A DNA stretch of 64,000 bases, from NCBI GenBank assembly GCA_045648605.1, contig JAZROG010000056.1, positions 2,392 to 66,391 on the forward strand, read 5' to 3'. This DNA is from Eubacteriales bacterium. Lineage in GTDB: Bacteria > Bacillota > Clostridia > Oscillospirales > CAG-272. A program made the position numbers and the translations under genes. The notes under the pieces were generated by a model. That model was not told where the DNA came from. It made no database searches and saw nothing but the letters and a program-made list of their open reading frames with translations. Shown one piece after another: positions 19,007 to 29,421 of the stretch (the stretch's first letter is position 1; the number at the start of each line of letters is the position of its first letter).

Positions 19007-20122
19007 GTGGATAATTATATCAGGACATACGGAATCGAAAAGAAAAGAAAAAGGCTGCCCCTTGCATCAAAGATCATCTTTGGTATCACGGCTCTCACGT
19101 CAGCTTTGCATATCATCTCGGCATTTTGTGCCGATTTTGCGGATTTTTTCAATCAGAATATCAGCTCTGCGGTTCGTTTTATAACGGCAAAAATAACTGA
19201 TCCCTTGCCTTTTTCCTTAGCAGAAGCTCTTATTTTGCTTATTCCCGTAATTGCATTCATTCTTATACGCTATGCCGCAAAAAATCATGCCGATTCCTGG
19301 GGATCTGTTTTCACATATATCGCTTCTCTTTTGTCTGTAGCCTGCCTTTTTTATGTTCTCTTTTTCTGGTCATTCGGTGTTGGATATAATACTGCCACAA
19401 TTGACAAAAAGCTTGGTCTTGATAGGAAAGAGGTCACAACGGAGGAGCTTTATAATACCGCAGTTATCCTCGCAGAAAAAGTAAACGAAGAATCAAAAAA
19501 TGTTGCATTCCGTTCAATGAATTTTTCCATCATGCCTTATGATATCAGTGAGCTTTCCGAAAAGCTGAATGCGGATTACAGGGCATTTTCAAATGACAAC
19601 AGATTTATCTCAAATTTCAAAAGCAATATAAAGCCTGTTATCCTGAGCCGCCCGATGTCTTATACTCACATCACGGGAATATATTCCTATTTTACGGGCG
19701 AGGCAAATCTGAACACCCATTTTCCCGATTATACTCTTCCCTTTACCGCCGCGCATGAGCTTGCTCATCAGAGAGGTATTGCACGGGAGGATGAGGCGAA
19801 TTTCATAGCCTTCCTTGTATGCAAGGACAGCGAAGACCCATATATAAGATACAGCGCGTATATCAATATGCTTGATTATATCTTCAATGCACTCTATATT
19901 GCAGACGTTGAGCTCTATACACAAGCTCTCAAAAAGCTAAACGGAAATATACTTTATGAGCTTATTGCGTATTCCGATTTCTTTGAGCAGTTCAGAGATT
20001 CCCTTGCAAGCTCGGTAAGCGGCACCATCAATGACACTTATCTTAAGATCAACGGTACCGAGGGCGAAAAAAGCTATGGTATGGTGGTCGATCTTGCTGT
20101 TGCATATTACAAGGTTCACTAA
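19007..20122 (+). CDS. DUF3810-type membrane protein with an HExxH metalloprotease-like motif
   Basis: AAHELAHQRGIAREDEANFIAFL plus N-terminal TM segments. The start is uncertain: GTG 19007 after GAGG, or TTG 18992. Confidence 0.7.
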   Translation: MDNYIRTYGIEKKRKRLPLASKIIFGITALTSALHIISAFCADFADFFNQNISSAVRFITAKITDPLPFSLAEALILLIPVIAFILIRYAAKNHADSWGSVFTYIASLLSVACLFYVLFFWSFGVGYNTATIDKKLGLDRKEVTTEELYNTAVILAEKVNEESKNVAFRSMNFSIMPYDISELSEKLNADYRAFSNDNRFISNFKSNIKPVILSRPMSYTHITGIYSYFTGEANLNTHFPDYTLPFTAAHELAHQRGIAREDEANFIAFLVCKDSEDPYIRYSAYINMLDYIFNALYIADVELYTQALKKLNGNILYELIAYSDFFEQFRDSLASSVSGTINDTYLKINGTEGEKSYGMVVDLAVAYYKVH

Positions 20123-20140
20123 ATAACGAAAGGAGCTTAA

Positions 20141-21199
20141 ATGATGAAAAAAAGAAGCCTTTGTCTTCTTCTGGCTCTTACGATGGCTGTTACACTCCTT
20201 TTTCTGCCGAGAGTCAATGCGGACGAAGAGGATATCCCAACGATATTTATAGGCAACGAGGCTTGGTATAAGCATTCTATTCTTCCGCTTATCTCGGCAG
20301 GCGATGAATATCTTGTTCCAATTTCCGTTTTCAGCTCCTTTGATTGCCTTACCACAAGCATAAGAGAGGAATATAACTGCTATCTGATAAAGAAAAATGA
20401 CGGCAAGTTTATTTCCATATCCGCAAAGAGCGGCAGATATCTTTCACATGACGGCGAACGAGGAGATATTGCTGTTTCGACCGACGAAAATGAGCTTTAT
20501 GTTTCTGCACTTACCGTTTCCGAAATACTCGAGATAGGATTTGAGCACGCGGTTTTCTATGACAAGAATATTGTCAGATTATATCTTGACGAATCACTTC
20601 AGCCACTTGAAATCCTTATTGACTATTATGTTACCCTTGTCGATAATTATGTCGGCAGTGCGGGAATAGGCGGAATCGCTGTGAGAAGAGAGGTATTTTC
20701 ATTCTTCTCGGATCTTTCGGGCATGATCAACGCAGAGATAAACGCACTTCTGAGTGCTTCGTCCGAGCAAGGAATTTCAATGACATTTGCAATATCGGAA
20801 AAATTCATTTCCCAAAGCAAAAATATACCTTTAATTCTTAACATGGCTGCCGCAGGTCACACATTTGCAATAAAGATCGAGCAAAGCAGCGATATTTCTC
20901 AAACAGAGCAAGCAATATCCGTAAATGAAAAGCTCTATGCCATGATAAAGAGAAAAACACTTCTCGTTCTTTCTCAAGGCAATAAAAACGAGCTTAAATC
21001 AATGGGCTATATCCCCATTAACGACAGCTATCGTCTGAGCAATATTGCAGGAGCTTCAACAGTAAATTTCAATATAAACGATACCATTTTCTTTGACAAG
21101 CTAAATGCTGACAGCATAACTAAATTCAGGGAGATCATTGCAGCGGCAAAGGACGGCGGCAAGACCGTCACCGCGATCAATGCTCTTGTTGGAAATTAA
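20141..21199 (+). CDS. Secreted hypothetical protein
   Basis: Signal peptide MMKKRSLCLLLALTMAVTLLFLPRVNA. The N-terminal stretch (LVPISVFSSFD) weakly resembles stalk / copper-amine-oxidase-N-like domains. No catalytic motif was recognised. Confidence 0.55.
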   Translation: MMKKRSLCLLLALTMAVTLLFLPRVNADEEDIPTIFIGNEAWYKHSILPLISAGDEYLVPISVFSSFDCLTTSIREEYNCYLIKKNDGKFISISAKSGRYLSHDGERGDIAVSTDENELYVSALTVSEILEIGFEHAVFYDKNIVRLYLDESLQPLEILIDYYVTLVDNYVGSAGIGGIAVRREVFSFFSDLSGMINAEINALLSASSEQGISMTFAISEKFISQSKNIPLILNMAAAGHTFAIKIEQSSDISQTEQAISVNEKLYAMIKRKTLLVLSQGNKNELKSMGYIPINDSYRLSNIAGASTVNFNINDTIFFDKLNADSITKFREIIAAAKDGGKTVTAINALVGN

Positions 21200-21211
21200 G
21201 AGGTGAAAAAC

Positions 21212-21922
21212 ATGAACGAAAAGAAAAAAATACTTATAGTTGAGGACGAAAGCAACATTGCCCAGCTCCTTGCAGTTAATCTCATGCTGGCGGGCTATGA
21301 ATATGATATTGCTTCGGATGGCGAGGAGGGTCTAAACAAAGCACTCACGGGAACCTTCGACCTTATTTTGCTTGACCTGATGCTCCCGAAAATGAACGGC
21401 TTTGAGGTCTGCGCAAGAGTAAGAAAAAAGCTTTCGACTCCTATCATCATGGTAACAGCAAGAGAAGAGGAAAAGGACAAGATACTTGGACTTGACACCG
21501 GCGCCGATGATTATGTTACGAAGCCTTTTTCCTTCAGTGAGCTTCTTTCGAGAATAAAGGCTAACATAAGACGTAGCGCAAACGAGCTGGTAAATCCCGA
21601 AAAGACGGTGAGCGACGAGCAAAAAAGCATTACGGTACGCGGACTTTCCATCGACACCGAAAAATATGATGTTACTCTCGATGGTGAGCCGATCTCTCTT
21701 TCGCGCCAGGAATATGATCTTCTTCTTTTCCTTGCAAAGAATCTTGGCAAGCCATTCACTCGCGAGCAGCTAATGGAAACTGTTTGGGGATATGAGGGAT
21801 ATCTTGGCGATATCAGAGCTGTTGACGTTACCGTTTCAAGACTCCGCGCAAAAATCGAAAAAGACCCCGGTGAGCCCGAATACCTGCTTACAAAGCGCGG
21901 CATCGGTTATTATCTCAAATAA
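21212..21922 (+). CDS. OmpR/PhoB-family response regulator (WalR-like)
   Basis: Receiver domain (ILIVEDE, DLILLDLMLP, KPF) plus winged-helix output (RLRAKIE, LLTKRGIGY). ATG 21212 lies 8 nt after AAGAGG. Confidence 0.88.
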   Translation: MNEKKKILIVEDESNIAQLLAVNLMLAGYEYDIASDGEEGLNKALTGTFDLILLDLMLPKMNGFEVCARVRKKLSTPIIMVTAREEEKDKILGLDTGADDYVTKPFSFSELLSRIKANIRRSANELVNPEKTVSDEQKSITVRGLSIDTEKYDVTLDGEPISLSRQEYDLLLFLAKNLGKPFTREQLMETVWGYEGYLGDIRAVDVTVSRLRAKIEKDPGEPEYLLTKRGIGYYLK

Positions 21923-21944
21923 ATAAAAACGAGGAATAGACATT

Positions 21945-23747
21945 ATGCAAAAGAGTCTGTATTCCAAAATAATACTTATTCTTGTGGTTTTTATAATCAC
22001 TGTTATGAGCGTTGTTGCCGTTGTTCTTCTCGGCAATATCTATAGCTACTACTCCGGTGCGTTTTCGGATATTATGGAAACCACCTTTTCAAAGGATTCT
22101 CCGCTTTATATGGAGCTTGAGGGCGCTCTTGACAGCAGCGACTATGTTCGCCGCCAAAAGGAGACCCTGCTCTCGTACAGCAGTATTCTGGGCATTGACA
22201 GCTATCGAAATTTCTATATTCTCGATATGAACGGAAACTATCTTGACAGCTCGGATTCTTCGAGTAAATCCTATCCCGAAAAAACTCCGAATCTTATCAG
22301 TGCGATGAATAAAAAGACCTCCGGCACACAAAGTCAGGCGGTCTCATATACCGATTTTGCCCTTTATCTTGAGGGCGATGAGCGCTCATGCATCATTTAT
22401 ATCAGAGACTCACAGGACGATATGAGACAGCTCAGCTGGATGCTCTTTACCATCATTCTTCAATCCATCCTTATCGGTCTCGTTATTGCGGTGGTACTCG
22501 CATTCTTTCTCTCAAAGGCAATAACCGCTCCTATTCAAACCCTTACAAAGAGCGCAAAGCTTGTTGCTGCGGGAGATTTTTCCCACAAGATAGAGGTCCA
22601 CTCAAAGGATGAGATAGGAATTCTCACAGACACCTTCAATCACATGAAAAAGAGACTCAAAACCACTCTTGACGAGGTTGCGGGTGAGCAAAAAAAGCTT
22701 GAAACCGTATTTTCTCATCTTCAGGCGGGTGTCATAACCTTCTCCGATGACGGCAAGGTTCTGAATATCAACCAATTTGCCATTGAGCTTTTCGGGGACA
22801 AATTCAGCGAACGCTTCAATCTCTCCACCATGCTCAACCTTTTCGATATCCAAAGTGCAACCGAAAACGGAAAAGATGACCTTCCGGATGAGAGCAACAT
22901 AATTTTTGACGAAGTGGTCTTTGCCTCGAAGGTTCTTGAGGTTAATTTCGGCGGTATCAGATATAACGAGGGCGGTGAGATGCGCGACGGTATAATCACC
23001 GTAATTCACGATGTAACCTCACGTTATGAGCTTGAAAAATCAAGACGAGAATTTGTTGCAAATGTTTCTCACGAGCTTCGTACCCCTCTCACCGCCATAA
23101 AGGGTGCCTGCGAAACTGTTCTTGAGCATCCTGAGCTTCCGGATGAAATAAGATCAAAGCTTCTTGAGATGACTGTAAGCGAAAGCAACAGAATGACAGG
23201 AATCGTAAGAGACCTGCTCACTCTTTCAAGACTCGATAACAAACGCACAAAATGGCAGATTGTTGAATATGACATCGGCGACAGCTTGCGCCATCTATGC
23301 GATGTAATGAATGTTGATGCCACCTCTCATGACCATAAGCTCATGCTCCAGACAGGTGAGAACATTCCAAAGATCACCGCAGATAAGGACAGAATAGATC
23401 AGGTAATCGTTAATCTTATTTCAAATGCAATAAAATATACCCCCGACGGCGGTACTATCGTCGTCAGCAGCTCCCTTGCAGACAAGGATAATATCCTCAT
23501 ACGCATAATGGATAACGGTTTGGGTATCCCCGAAAAGGATCTGCCCAGAATTTTTGAGCGCTTCTACAGGGTTGAAAAGGCGCGCACCAGCGACACGGGC
23601 GGCACAGGCCTTGGACTTGCTATTGCCAAGGAGCTTATTGAAGCGCACGGCGGAAATATCAGAATACAAAGTAAGCTGAATATCGGAACGATTGTCGATA
23701 TTCTTCTACCTATTAAAACCAAGCTTCAAAACGAGCCCGAGGAATAA
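21945..23747 (+). CDS. Sensor histidine kinase (WalK-like: TM, extracellular domain, TM, HAMP, PAS, HisKA, HATPase)
   Basis: H-box SHELRTPLTAIKG, N-box NLISNAIKYTPDGG, G-boxes DNGLGIP and GGTGLGLAIAKE. Confidence 0.88.
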   Translation: MQKSLYSKIILILVVFIITVMSVVAVVLLGNIYSYYSGAFSDIMETTFSKDSPLYMELEGALDSSDYVRRQKETLLSYSSILGIDSYRNFYILDMNGNYLDSSDSSSKSYPEKTPNLISAMNKKTSGTQSQAVSYTDFALYLEGDERSCIIYIRDSQDDMRQLSWMLFTIILQSILIGLVIAVVLAFFLSKAITAPIQTLTKSAKLVAAGDFSHKIEVHSKDEIGILTDTFNHMKKRLKTTLDEVAGEQKKLETVFSHLQAGVITFSDDGKVLNINQFAIELFGDKFSERFNLSTMLNLFDIQSATENGKDDLPDESNIIFDEVVFASKVLEVNFGGIRYNEGGEMRDGIITVIHDVTSRYELEKSRREFVANVSHELRTPLTAIKGACETVLEHPELPDEIRSKLLEMTVSESNRMTGIVRDLLTLSRLDNKRTKWQIVEYDIGDSLRHLCDVMNVDATSHDHKLMLQTGENIPKITADKDRIDQVIVNLISNAIKYTPDGGTIVVSSSLADKDNILIRIMDNGLGIPEKDLPRIFERFYRVEKARTSDTGGTGLGLAIAKELIEAHGGNIRIQSKLNIGTIVDILLPIKTKLQNEPEE

Positions 23748-23772
23748 AAGCTACAAAAAGGAGGAACAAAGA

Positions 23773-25176
23773 ATGAAGAGGTCCGAAAAAAAGACCGAAT
23801 TTATAAAAACAATTATCATCACATTTCTTTTTATCGTTGTTATGCTGATGGTTTTGCTTCATTTTGACGAGCTTCGCAAAAGAAATGAAAATTCTGCTGA
23901 CAATGATATCGGTAACAGCTTCACTCTTAAATCCACCTTCTCGGAAGAAATAGATTCAAATTCTGAGGATATGCTTCTTCCCTCTCAGATCGCATTCAAA
24001 AAGGCTACCGATAATGTCTTTGCCATTTGCTCCGGCAAGAATTATATGAAGGAAATATACTCACTCATAAATGACAGCATAGCCTTTATGCTCTCCTCAA
24101 AATGCCAAGTGCTTGAGGATGATCCAAGGGCATTTGATGATGCGATCGCCTCAAACGGATTTATTTATGTGCGATACCATACCCCTCTTCCCGCTGTTCT
24201 TCTATATTTTGATTCAATAGAAAAAAACAGCTCAGGCTCGGGAGAAATGGGCGATAAAATATCATCATCTGTAATCAGCGAAATTGTGATTTTTCCCGAT
24301 GAAAGTCAAAAAGGCTCGATTTTTGCATTGACAAAGGAGCCCGGCGGTAAGGTTTATAAATATCTGCCGGAGGAAGCACCTCCAAGCAGCATCAGCATTG
24401 CCGATCTTGAGATTTACAGAGAAGCGGGAGCCATGGTATCAGCAAGATTTGATTCCGATTCAAACGAAAATATCATTTCCTCGACTCTAATCTTTGATGA
24501 CATGCCCCCAAGGAATTCCCTCACATTTTCAGGCGGAATAGAAGACCTTTCCAAAAACGCCGAGCTTCAATCCCCCTTTGCCGAAATACTCAGCATTAAC
24601 CCGAACAAAACAGGAAGTTATTTTGATGATGAGCTTGGCGGCACCGTATATATGGCAACCCACGGCACACTCACCTTCACAGATGAAGAAATCGAGTATT
24701 CTACGCTGAACAATACCGATGGAATTTCCCTCTCTCTCTTTTCCGGCAAGGAGTCGGATTCATCACACTCAATGTATGAATGTCTTTCCGCAGCAAGAGC
24801 GATCGCTTCAATTTTTTCGGATATTAAAGGCGCGGAGATAGGGGACGGTCACCTGCTTCTTACCGATCTGTTCAGAAAAGACGAAACCCTTACTCTTAAA
24901 TTCGGATATTTCCATGACAATATCCCCATTTCTTCCGAAAACGATGCACTTGTTCTTGAGTTTACCTCAGAAAAGTTGACAGCAATGAGGTTTTACCCCT
25001 CAAAAATCTCCGCAGACCGCTCAAATGTCCTCAAATCCCTCCCTGCGAGCTGGATCATAAGCATTGCTGAAAATACAAGCACAGAAAATGAAAAATTCAC
25101 CTTTATCTATCGGTATGAAGCAGATAAGAGCGGTATTTTCTTCGCAGAATGGACCCCACTTAAAATAAAAGGCTGA
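23773..25176 (+). CDS. YycH-like two-component regulatory protein (single N-terminal TM, extracytoplasmic)
   Basis: ATG 23773 follows AAGGAGG. There is a TM anchor (IIITFLFIVVMLMVLL). The assignment rests on its position directly after the WalK-like kinase and on topology. Confidence 0.55.
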   Translation: MKRSEKKTEFIKTIIITFLFIVVMLMVLLHFDELRKRNENSADNDIGNSFTLKSTFSEEIDSNSEDMLLPSQIAFKKATDNVFAICSGKNYMKEIYSLINDSIAFMLSSKCQVLEDDPRAFDDAIASNGFIYVRYHTPLPAVLLYFDSIEKNSSGSGEMGDKISSSVISEIVIFPDESQKGSIFALTKEPGGKVYKYLPEEAPPSSISIADLEIYREAGAMVSARFDSDSNENIISSTLIFDDMPPRNSLTFSGGIEDLSKNAELQSPFAEILSINPNKTGSYFDDELGGTVYMATHGTLTFTDEEIEYSTLNNTDGISLSLFSGKESDSSHSMYECLSAARAIASIFSDIKGAEIGDGHLLLTDLFRKDETLTLKFGYFHDNIPISSENDALVLEFTSEKLTAMRFYPSKISADRSNVLKSLPASWIISIAENTSTENEKFTFIYRYEADKSGIFFAEWTPLKIKG

Positions 25177-25193
25177 AAGGAAGGATATCTGCT

Positions 25194-26078
25194 GTGAACT
25201 GGAGAAATATAAAAACCTTTCTTATGATCCTGCTTATTGCAGTGAACATTTTCCTTGCGGCTATGCTCATCGGAAGAACAAGGCTAAAGGTCTATGACAA
25301 AGAGGCTGTCAGCAATATTTCCGCACTCCTTAAGGAAGGCGGCATCATCGCAAGTGAAAAATTCTTAAATCTCAGAGATGATGACTCAAGGGTGTATGTT
25401 TGCAATATTGAAAACAATTACAGCGAAAATGTTGCCAAAAAGCTCATGTCGGAATATGATGAAGTATTTGCAACTCCTGACGGAGCAGAATTTTTCGGTA
25501 AAGATTCAAGTCTTAAGCTCAGTGATGATTTCGGTCTTACCTATTCTAAAATCGGCTTTGAGATTCCCTGCATAGAGCATGAAATGAATAAGGAGGAAAT
25601 CAAATCCTTCGAAGATAAAATCGCTTCTCTTCTCGGAACTGATTTTAAGATCATATCCGCAAAAAAACAGGATTCCATCGAATATGCCCTTATTATGCAG
25701 ACGTTTGATGAAAAAAATATACAGAATCATACATTAAAATGCTATTTTGAGGGAGATTCGCCTTTATATCTTGACGGAACATGGTGCTTTTTGTCGATTG
25801 ACGATAGTTTTTCTGCACACACTCTCGATAGCGTTAATATACTGTTTATTGAGAAGAGCGCGCTGGAGCTTGCAAGAGAAAAAAACGAAAGCATTTCCGA
25901 AAATCTCACCGTTGAAAATATGTCGATCTGCTATTGCTCCCATATTTCACTTGATGCTTCAAAGCTTTATCTTATGCCCTCTTGGCGCATCGAATGGAAG
26001 GAGAATGGAATTGATGATAGCTATTATAATGCAGTGAACGGTGAAAAAAATCCGATTGGAAGCAACATTATTAACTAA
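25194..26078 (+). CDS. YycI-like two-component regulatory protein
   Basis: GTG start. N-terminus MNWRNIKTFLMILLIAVNIFLAAML matches the characteristic YycH/YycI leader (MdWxrIKTiFii..LnIFL). Synteny supports the call. Confidence 0.6.
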   Translation: MNWRNIKTFLMILLIAVNIFLAAMLIGRTRLKVYDKEAVSNISALLKEGGIIASEKFLNLRDDDSRVYVCNIENNYSENVAKKLMSEYDEVFATPDGAEFFGKDSSLKLSDDFGLTYSKIGFEIPCIEHEMNKEEIKSFEDKIASLLGTDFKIISAKKQDSIEYALIMQTFDEKNIQNHTLKCYFEGDSPLYLDGTWCFLSIDDSFSAHTLDSVNILFIEKSALELAREKNESISENLTVENMSICYCSHISLDASKLYLMPSWRIEWKENGIDDSYYNAVNGEKNPIGSNIIN

Positions 26079-26261
26079 TTTTGTAGAGATTGTTATAAAT
26101 TTATCATATTATTAAAGATAATATAAAATTTGTTTAAATTTTTGTTTTCAATTTATCCGAATTTATGTTATAATATAAGGTAGTGCTTTAGAAAGCTATC
26201 AATATTGACTATTTACCTATTATATATTTTATATAACCCTGAAAAGAAGAGGTTTGACCTA

Positions 26262-27527
26262 ATGGAAAGATATATTGTAAGCGGCGGACATGAGCTTCGC
26301 GGCGACGTTGAGATAAGCGGTATGAAAAACGCCGCGCTTCCGATCGTTGTTGCAAGCATTCTCACCGGCGAAAAATGTACCATAGAAAATCTACCCGCCA
26401 TAAGCGATGTAAAGAAATCACTTGACATCCTTGAGGCAATGGGAGCGGAGATAACGTATCTCGAAAAAAACTGTGTTTCGATAGACTCAAAAAATGTGAA
26501 GGGCGGAATCTCCCCCTATGAGCTTGTCAGCAAAATGCGCGGCTCTACATACCTTATCGGCGCAGAGCTTGCAAGATTCAAATGTGCAAAGGTCGGTTGG
26601 CCCGGCGGATGCGACTTCGGTGTTCGTCCCATTGACCAGCATATAAAGGGATTTGAGGCGCTGGGTGCTAAGATCACGGTTGATACCGAAAGCGGATATA
26701 TATATGCGAATGCCGAAAACGGTCTTCATGGCAATTCTGTATATTTTGATGTCGTTTCGGTTGGTGCAACCATAAATGTTATGATTGCTGCAGTGCTTGC
26801 TAAGGGCAAGACCGTTATTGAAAATGCAGCAAGAGAGCCACACATTGTTGACCTTGCCAATTTCTTTAACACCTGCGGCGCAAAAATCACAGGTGCCGGA
26901 ACAAATATTATTAAAATTACAGGCGTTGAAAAGCTTCACGGCTGTACATATGCCATTATTCCCGATATGATCGAGGCAGGAACCTTTATGGCCGCTGTTT
27001 CGGCTGCGGGCGGTAAAATATGCGTTAAAAATGTCATTCCCAAGCACATGGAAAGCGTTTCGGCAAAGCTTGAGGAAATGGGAATGGCGATTGAGGAGCT
27101 TGACGATTCCATTATAATCGAAAAGGTTAAGCCACTGAAGCAGATCAATATTAAGACTCTTCCCTATCCGGGCTTCCCAACAGATATGCATCCCCAGCTT
27201 ACAGCTGTTCTTTGCTGTGCCGAGGGTGAAAGCACGGTTTCCGAGGGCGTTTGGGAAAATCGCTTCAGATATGTTGAGGAGCTTCAGCGTATGGGCGCAG
27301 ATATAACCGTTTCGGGTGTTTCCGCAAAGGTAAGGGGTGTTCCAAAGCTCAAGGGAGCTTCTGTCAAGGCTGTTGACCTGAGAGCGGGTGCCGCTATGAT
27401 AATTGCCGGACTTGCGGCAGAGGGAAATACCGAGATCACAAATATCATGTCAATCGAGCGCGGATATGACGATATCGTCGGCAAGCTCCGCAGACTCGGT
27501 GCGGATATCACTAAATTTGAAGAATAA
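26262..27527 (+). CDS. murA: UDP-N-acetylglucosamine 1-carboxyvinyltransferase
   Basis: MERYIVSGGHELRGDVEISGMKNAALPIVVASIL, WPGGCDFGVRPIDQH (catalytic Cys) and GFPTDMHPQ. Confidence 0.93.
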   Translation: MERYIVSGGHELRGDVEISGMKNAALPIVVASILTGEKCTIENLPAISDVKKSLDILEAMGAEITYLEKNCVSIDSKNVKGGISPYELVSKMRGSTYLIGAELARFKCAKVGWPGGCDFGVRPIDQHIKGFEALGAKITVDTESGYIYANAENGLHGNSVYFDVVSVGATINVMIAAVLAKGKTVIENAAREPHIVDLANFFNTCGAKITGAGTNIIKITGVEKLHGCTYAIIPDMIEAGTFMAAVSAAGGKICVKNVIPKHMESVSAKLEEMGMAIEELDDSIIIEKVKPLKQINIKTLPYPGFPTDMHPQLTAVLCCAEGESTVSEGVWENRFRYVEELQRMGADITVSGVSAKVRGVPKLKGASVKAVDLRAGAAMIIAGLAAEGNTEITNIMSIERGYDDIVGKLRRLGADITKFEE

Positions 27528-27537
27528 AGCATAAAAA

Positions 27538-27571
27538 AGTTCTGAACCAAGATCGGTTCAGAACTTTTTTC
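27538..27571. terminator. Bidirectional terminator after murA
   Basis: AGTTCTGAACC aagatc GGTTCAGAACT flanked by A6 and T6. Confidence 0.75.
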
Positions 27572-27623
27572 TTATGTTATCCTATTACATCTGTACCCAA
27601 GCGGCAGGTCGAGCGTTTTTTAT

Positions 27624-29311
27624 TCAATGCTCAGCAATGTCGCTAAAGGTAAATCTCTGCTGAATCTTCTTTGCATCGGGATAGGTATGTCCCAAATTCT
27701 GAACATAAACTATCTCTTTTTCGCACTTAAGCTCATTATACATTGCCGTAATTCCCGAGGGAACGCAAGTAACATCTCCAAGACCCACCATGATTTTTGT
27801 GGGACATTCTATTCTACGAGCAAAGAAGCAAGCATCATAATAAAGCATAGCGGGGGTTGATGGGCCATAGCTCTTTTTTCTGTCAATACCAACACCCTGC
27901 TTATCACACATTGCGGGAACGTCTGCTGTACACAGTGAAACGTTCGGCTCAAGAGCCGCTGTAAAGAGCGCCTGATAGCCGTCCTCGCTCATTACCGCAA
28001 CCTCAAGTGTCTCACCGTCCCAGAGATTTTCGCCTCTCTCGCCAAAATACTGCTTTACGAAATTTATCAAAGTCATCGGTTTCTTCTGCCGCAGGCTTTA
28101 TATCGGCAAATCCTGCGCAAGCACCTGCACTGCATTTATCGATTCCTTCGATAACATTTCCCTCGGCATCGCAAGCCTGAACAGTTATAAGAACAAATCC
28201 GGGCTCGTCCATAACAGCCTCAAGCTCAAGCTTGCCTGTTCCGCCTGCCGAAATTCCCGAAATATCTTCGCCACCCTCGGAGCTGATATTCCATTTAAAC
28301 ATTGGGCATGATCTGATCTCATCATCCGAAGAGAGCATGATCTCAAATTTCATTTTTTCACCAACCTTATAGTCAAGTGCGTCTCTATCGGTATTAACAA
28401 TAAAGTATTTGGTCGAAGAAGTTCCATTTTCGATATCATCAAGTATTGAAGGATCTATTATTCCCTGCTTTTCAATATTGAGAGAGACGACCTCACCCTC
28501 ATCGGCAGTGCTTGGAACAAGCTTTAAAAGCTCATAGAATGCGGTGGCAAGAGAAATGTTGTCTGCGCCTGTTATGTAAACCGTATCGTCCTCAACATAA
28601 TTCTTATAACATACCGCATCAAGCGAAGAATCAAGCTTTATGAGAAGATTTTTCTCCTTCTCGGTATCGGTAAGCGGCATCTCATAGCAAAAACATCCTT
28701 TATCCTGCTTCTGAGCAAAGAAACATAATCTGCGCCCAGGCGGTCTGCATTAACAATTGTATATCCGCTCATATCAAGACCGCCAATAAGGAGGTCGGGG
28801 TAATCGAAGGCATATTCATATTTTTCACCCGTTGCAAGCTTAATTGTGTCTTTACCCGAGCCGAGATAATTTTCTATAAAATAGTTGACAGCTTCGACAG
28901 TATCGGCATTTATGCCGCCAATAATAACGATCTTCGTATCAATATAATCGATAACGAAGCTCCTCGGAGTCATTTTAGAATATGTCTTACTTGCTTCTCG
29001 CTTTTTATGACCAACAAGTATCTCGAACTTTGTTTCCTTTGTAAAACCTGTATAGTCTGTGCCTATCTTAACATCCATTCCCGATGCTTGTTCAAGGGCA
29101 CCTTGGAGCTTTGTTGCGGCAGAAACAACCTCATTTGCGGCATTATCACCTCTTATTACGGTAAATTCAAAATAATCGGGAGCTTTTACCGCCTTGTCTG
29201 TTTCTTTTTCGTGACATTTTCACCGCTATCGCCGCATGATGCACAGAAAATAACTGCCATAATTGCTAATATCAGCAAAAAAATCTTGGTTTTTATATTT
29301 AGGTCCTCCAT
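27624..29311 (-). pseudogene. Decayed lipoprotein gene with a C-terminal alpha/beta-hydrolase (acetyl-xylan-esterase/CE7-like) remnant and three frameshifts
   Basis: Four frame segments join by eye: 29311-29186, 29078-28638, 28680-28012 and 28076-27624. The shifts fall at homopolymers 29205-09, 28689-93 and 28060-65. The signal peptide is KTKIFLLILAIMAVIFCASCGDSG. SD GGAGGA is followed at 7 nt by ATA rather than ATG. Confidence 0.7.
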
Positions 29312-29421
29312 TATCCGATTTATAATATTATACCTCAAAAAAATTATTGTCAAGCAGTAATAATGTTTCTCCCTATCACATAAAATTTACCAAGCAAAAA
29401 AACAAACGGAGGAGAAAATCA

